A stretch of 64,000 nucleotides of DNA from Scenedesmus sp. PABB004 (Eukaryota), in contig CM026548.1 of the NCBI GenBank assembly GCA_014905635.1, positions 496,001-560,000 on the forward strand, in the 5' to 3' direction. The translations under genes and the position numbers were made by a program. This document shows, piece by piece, positions 60,001 to 64,000 of the stretch; the stretch's first letter is position 1; every line of letters begins with the position of its first letter. Under the pieces are notes generated by a model that worked only from the letters and a program-made list of their open reading frames with translations, ran no database searches and was not told the origin of the DNA.

Positions 60001-60688
60001 CGTGCAGGGCGTTGGGGGTGGGGTGCGTGGCTGCACCGAGAGCCAGGCGGCCCTCATGTTCTGGGGACTGGCACAGCTCACGAGCGCTGGGCTGCTGGAC
60101 CAGCAGCAGCAGCAGCAGCAGCGGGCGGCCACCACGGCAGACGCAGTCGGCGGCCGGGGCAGGCCGCTGGGCGGCCGGGGCGGCCGGCCTGGCGGCCGCC
60201 GCAGCACGCAGGCGCAGCCCGTGCCCTTCGGGGACTGCCCCGCCGGCGCGCAGCTGCTGGAGGAGCTCTACTCCTCCAGCCTCGAGCGGCTTGCGCGCTT
60301 CCACCCGTGCGAGCTGGCGGTGCTGCTGCACGCCGTGCACAAGTTGGGCGCCGCGCCGCCGCGTGCCTGGCTCGACGCCGTGGTGGGGCAGCTCGGCGGC
60401 GAGCTCGGGCGCATGGGCGGCCAGGCACTGGCCGCCACCGCCGTCGCGCTCGCGGGGCTGAACTGCACCCCCTCGCGCGCCTGGCTGGCCGCGTTTGTCG
60501 AGGCGGCCGCGGCGGCCGAGGCGGGCGGCGGGCTGGCCACGGAGTGGCAGCGCGCGTGCGTGGCCAACGGGCTGGCCGCGCTGGACCCGCTGGCGGGGCA
60601 GCGCTGGCTGCAGCGCGGCGGCGCGCGCGGCCGCGCACTGCCGCAGCGTCGTGCCGCGCCGGCGGCCGTCGCCGTCGCGCAGCTGTGA
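57098..60688 (+). CDS. Octotricopeptide-repeat (OPR)-like organellar RNA-binding protein, single exon, 1196 aa
   Basis: Recurrent degenerate repeats F/L-x2-(Q/H/R)-EL-x2-LLW-L-x2-L...P(P/S)xxWL (PGAAWL, PPAAWL, PSPEWL, PPRAWL, PSRAWL); Arg/Ala-rich transit-like N-terminus. Confidence 0.75.
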   Translation: MLRPALPLRAPQAARCAAPASMRARRTIAAAHGPRQAHADAARRSPLRSPLRCRRAPPPPAGGAWGGGPPRAPLAQRRSAATRCRCSAAAGGGASAAAAAAAASAVSEPRGPPAPQLHDHRQHHHQQHAQAPAALQWPAQRRASAHAAAALAARDGQRLQAQQQHQRHAQQQQQSHGGAQLSAELAAARGAAALLRLAGEVAARGSELHAAQLAAHASAALAAAPAGDGAAAQREALAAAAARALTQRGAALDRAPLLLLAGPGLREALCALDALARDVAPGERAALRRSVAALAPAMPAPSLLSALHACGDARALASVVRCAADGMAPVHVKAAFVQLGRLQRGGAEPGGVGSADAGDAAALAAQLVRLLARCEAAQRPLLPHHAAAVLWSLGQLRPLVLQHDAAGLEQRLLAAALEGAPRLNHRVGAMLLHGAAALGLRLPAGGGTQRLLEHTQQQLPLCDPQALAGLLWGLAATHAAPGAAWLQAFFAASAPMLRAQHGGGGLLGRRTAQDALNGRELAAVLSGLTKLQVQPPAAWLDAAAGSVAAQLPRCGRQELVLAMWALARLGHAPAPSLLAGAAQRARQLGAGLAPRDAVLLAHAATRLQQQPPRGAGELAAAAEQLCCLATEGGLEQHGAQDLALLAWTLGVRARQRRQAPASPPAALEPPGPSPEWLLRFMAAAAPQLERGAFSSSGLSTMVWGLGALLQEAGRADGPDLGGRLAAPPPAPGGAAGGAPAALQAFWGALQAACAAALPGFSGHELANLLWGAGACARALRLRASREWVDLLACQSLDLFELLTGHQLVSALQGLVWLRHPRGLDLLQAALAERCAGRLSGAAPLELLVLLRAAVLYRHALAPAARAGLVAAARRQLPGMVAPQAAQLIYLLGKLQQQHAKRARRQALQACEKGRARRARPAPHASLDGGGGGPEPPQQQGKQELQQAQREALAPSDAALVPPGVLCELVQGVGGGVRGCTESQAALMFWGLAQLTSAGLLDQQQQQQQRAATTADAVGGRGRPLGGRGGRPGGRRSTQAQPVPFGDCPAGAQLLEELYSSSLERLARFHPCELAVLLHAVHKLGAAPPRAWLDAVVGQLGGELGRMGGQALAATAVALAGLNCTPSRAWLAAFVEAAAAAEAGGGLATEWQRACVANGLAALDPLAGQRWLQRGGARGRALPQRRAAPAAVAVAQL

Positions 60689-61615
60689 GTGCGTCTGAGG
60701 CAACGGCGCAACCGATCGATCGGGGCGGTCAGGGGATGGGCGCTCACGGTCACATAGCACGTGCGGAGCTCGCCCGCAGTCCACCAACGCCCACGGACTC
60801 AACGCCGCACTCCCGCAAGTGAGAGCTCGAGAGGAAGCTGTGAGTTTTCGTGGGTGAGCATGTGAAGTGGCGACAGACCCCGGAGAAGCGGCAGATCTCA
60901 CCCAAAACCGCTCACGCGGCCGCCGGAGCGGCCGCCAGCGCCAAGTGTTGCTGTCGGAGCAGGCGGCCCGCCGACGCTAGGAACACAGCTGGCGAGCCCC
61001 AGCGGCGAGTCGAGGCGCGTGGAGGGGGCGCCTTGGGTGTGGGCTGCGGGCCGAGACGGGAATCGGCCGCGCTCATGCAGCAGCGGTTTTGGCAGCTGCT
61101 CCAAGCCGCCCTCCACGCACACCGTGCAGCCCCTGGGCCGCCACCCGCGCGCTCCCGGCGCTGATCTACCCGTCCCCGCCAGCTCCAGGGCCGCCGGCGC
61201 CCCGCGGACGCCGCGCCCGCGCCCTCCAGAGCGGCGAGGTGCGCCCCCCGCCGCCGCCGGGCCCTGCCGCGGTGCCTTGACCGCCCGGCTGCCGCGGCCG
61301 CGCGCGCGCCGACCCCGGGACGCGGCGCCGCGGCGCGCGGGACCTCGGCGCGCCGCGGCGCCCACCGCGCCGCGTCGGCGACCAGTCGCTCGCTTTGCGG
61401 GGGTCACTTGAGATGATTGCTGGCTCGCCGCGCCCCGCGGGCCGCCCGACCGGGGCCATGGGACCGTTGGCTGCGCGCTGGGCCGTGGTGCGCGGCCATC
61501 TCCGGCCGCACGGCGCCGGGAGGGGCCGGGGCGCGCGGGCCCATCTGCGCTCACTCCCGCCGCCCCGCGCCCCGCGGCCCCGACGCGATGCGGCGCCGGC
61601 AGGGTCTCTGGAGAG

Positions 61616-64000
61616 ATGGAGCGGCAGCTGCAGCGCGACCGCGCCGCGAAGCGCGCTGCCGGCCGCGGCCAAGAAGACGATGGTGGACACCATCCTGCAC
61701 ATGCAGGCGGAGGTGGAGGCGCACGGGGCACCCAGGCCCGCGCTGAACCTCCAGGACCTCCTGAAGCAGCGCGGCGGTGCCAAGCGCCTGAAGCACGTGT
61801 CGGTGGGTCGCCGCGCCGCGCTATGCGCGCTGCGCCCCGCGCCGCCGCCGCCACGGCCGGCGGCGGAGCCCGGCGGCGGCGGCCTGCGCCGTGCGCGCGC
61901 GGGGCTCAACCGCAGGGGGCAGGGGGGCGGGATCCAGCACTCGCCATGGCGTGCGTGCCGCCGCCGCCGCCGCCCCGTCGCGGATGCCCGCCGCCGCCGC
62001 CGGAGCATACGGGGTAAATGACCTCGACCGGCGCCGCGGCCGCTCACGGCCGCCCCTGCCCCCGCTCGCCGCGCGCAGGCGCAGCAGGCGGCGCCCGGCC
62101 CGCGCCGCCCGCGCCGGCGCGGCCGCCGGGGCCGCGCCCATGGAGGTGGAGCGCAACGACGGCCAGGTGCGGCGCGGGTCGCGCGCGGGGCGAGGGGGGG
62201 GGGGGGGGCGGCTGCCGCGCCCATGCCCTTCCCCGCGCCGCGCGTCACCGCCCGCCCGCCCGCCCGCCCGCCCGCCCGCCCGCCCGCCCGCCCGCCCGCC
62301 CGCCCGCCCGCCCGCCCGCCCGCCCGCCCGCCCGCCCGCCGCCCGCCCGCCGGCCCGCCGCCCGCCCGGCCGCCGCCCGCCCGCCCGCCCGCCCGCCCGC
62401 CCGCCGCCCGCCCGCCGGCCCGCCCGCCCGCCCGCCCGCCCGCCGGCCCGCCCGCCCGCCCGCCCCGCCCGCCCGCCCGCCCGCCCTCGCCCCCGCCCCC
62501 GCCGCCGCCGGGCCTGCGGCGCAGGCGCGCGCCCCGCCCGCGCCCCTGCGCGCGCGGATCCCTGTGCACGACGAGGACGACGACGACGACTTCCTTCCGG
62601 TGGGCCGCCGCGCCGCGCGAGCGGCCCCGATCGCCGCGCCGCCGGGTCCAGCCCTGACGCATTCGCGGTTGCCCGCCTCCGACGCCCTGCCCGCTCGCCG
62701 CAGGCGGCGCCCGAGCCCGCGCCTGGTGCAGGGGGCGCGGCCGAGTCCGGCTCGCTGTACCTCGCGACGCTGGAAGCCCGCTAAAAGCAGTTCGGCTGCG
62801 CCGCGTCCGACGACGAGGAGGAGCCAGCGTCCGACGACGACAACGCCGCGTCCGACGACGACGACGAGGAGCCCGCGGTGCGCCGCGCGCACGCGCTCGC
62901 TCGATGGGCCGCGGCAGCCCCCGCGCCGCGCAGCGCCGCCCTCCGTGCCCCGCCGCGCCGCGCCGCGCCTTGCTCGCGCCCCGCGCGCGCCGGCGGCCCC
63001 ACCGCGCAACCCGCCGCCTCCCGTCCGCCCGCCCGCCCGCCCGCCCGCCCGCCCGCCCGCCCGCCCGCACGCCCGCCCGCCCGCCCGCCCGCAGTCGCCC
63101 ATGGACACCTCACACAGCGACGGCAAGGTGTGACGCGACGCGTGTCGTGCGGAGCGCGGTGCCAGGCGGGAGGTGCGACGCGACCACTGCGCGTCGCGAC
63201 CGCCGCTGCTGCCCGCCGCCGCTGCCCTCAGGAGGACGACGGCGCCGACGAGGAGGGCCAGGGCGGCAAGCGGCGCGAGGCCTGCCGCGAGGAGGGCTGC
63301 TGCGCCGCTGCCGTGTTCGGGCCCCCCAACGGCGCCCCGGAGCGTTGCTCGCCGCACAAGGTGCGCGCCAGGGCGCCGCGCGCCGCGCGCGGCCCTCGCC
63401 GGCACGCCGCGCCTGAGCGTGCCTGGCCACGCGCCCGCGCGCGCGGCCTCTGCGCGACGCCGCGCGGTCGGCCGCCGCCACGCACCCTCTCGCGCGCGCC
63501 GCGCTGCCGGCAGGCGCCCGGCATGCGGCGGCGCAGCCGAGCATGCGGGCTGCCGGACTGCAAGAGCGACAAGATGGCCGAGCACTGCGTCGCCGACAGC
63601 GCCGGCGCGCCGCGCAAGGGCCCTGAGCACCTGCGCTGCCCCGACTGCGCCACGTCAGCGCAGGAGCGCGGCGAGGTGGTCGTGCCAGTCGCGCGCCAGG
63701 GCCAGTCGCGCGCGCCGGGCCAGTCGCGCGCGCCGCGCAAGGCGCGCGCGCCGGGCCAGTCGGGCGCGCTGCGCTCAAGCACCCTCGGCAACGACGAGCG
63801 CAGCATGGCTGAGCTCTGCTGTGGCCTGAAGTGCGGCCTGGACCTGCCGATGGACAGCGAGGTGACGTGCTGGCAGGCGGCCGCCGCGCGCGGGGCGAGC
63901 CGCGGGTCAACTGACTGCTCATGCCGCTGCTGCTGCCGCTGCCTCCTCAGGCAGACGACGAGGGCGACGTCAGCAGGGCGGAGGACGACACGGGCAGCAC
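61616..64000 (+). CDS. Multi-exon protein with acidic tracts and an EsV-1-7-like Cys/His motif (3' end outside window; exon model uncertain)
   Basis: Spliced exons from 63232-63360 and 63514 onward give CREEGCCAAAVFGPPNGAPERCSPHK|APGM, then further CxxxxC and CxxC pairs. Confidence 0.5.
62248..62484. repeat. (CCCG)n tetranucleotide tract, probably intronic; shorter copy at ~63025-63090
   Basis: Directly visible. Confidence 0.9.

Noticed and set aside
1..64000. Hundreds of long overlapping Arg/Ala/Pro-rich ORFs in all frames (e.g. 7823-11074, 41701-44970, 56849-59866)
   Set aside because: Stop codons are rare at this GC content. These ORFs are antisense or off-frame shadows and intron read-throughs.

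Overview
Eukaryotic nuclear DNA, extremely GC-rich (roughly 75-80% by eye), gene-dense and full of short introns. TGTAA poly(A) signals, plastid-targeted genes (CCS1, an OPR-like protein) and intron style point to a chlorophyte green alga, plausibly Sphaeropleales-like (inference). Most long six-frame ORFs are GC artefacts. By manual splicing I find about 21 protein-coding genes: CCCH Zn-finger, REV7, a conserved RS-rich protein, SET/LSMT-like methyltransferase, aldo-keto reductase, CCS1, O-methyltransferase, a secreted Cys-rich protein, COPE, coilin, TraB-domain protein, two orphans, TTI2, a reprolysin-like metalloprotease, HOL/TPMT-like methyltransferase, a bacterial-type thermonuclease, ICMT-like, DLEC1/CFAP81, APC1, OPR-like and an EsV-1-7-like protein. 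Main observations: (1) at least 15 motif-supported GC-AG introns, all with AG|GCG donors (6 of 10 introns in one gene); (2) a candidate bicistronic REV7 + RS-protein locus with a 37-61 nt gap; (3) a young chimeric ORF fusing a duplicated protease upstream region and signal peptide to an intron-lacking copy of the nuclease 3' end; (4) an isolated degenerate 25S/28S rRNA fragment. Several single-base frameshifts look like assembly errors. All family calls come from motifs recalled from memory; no searches were run.
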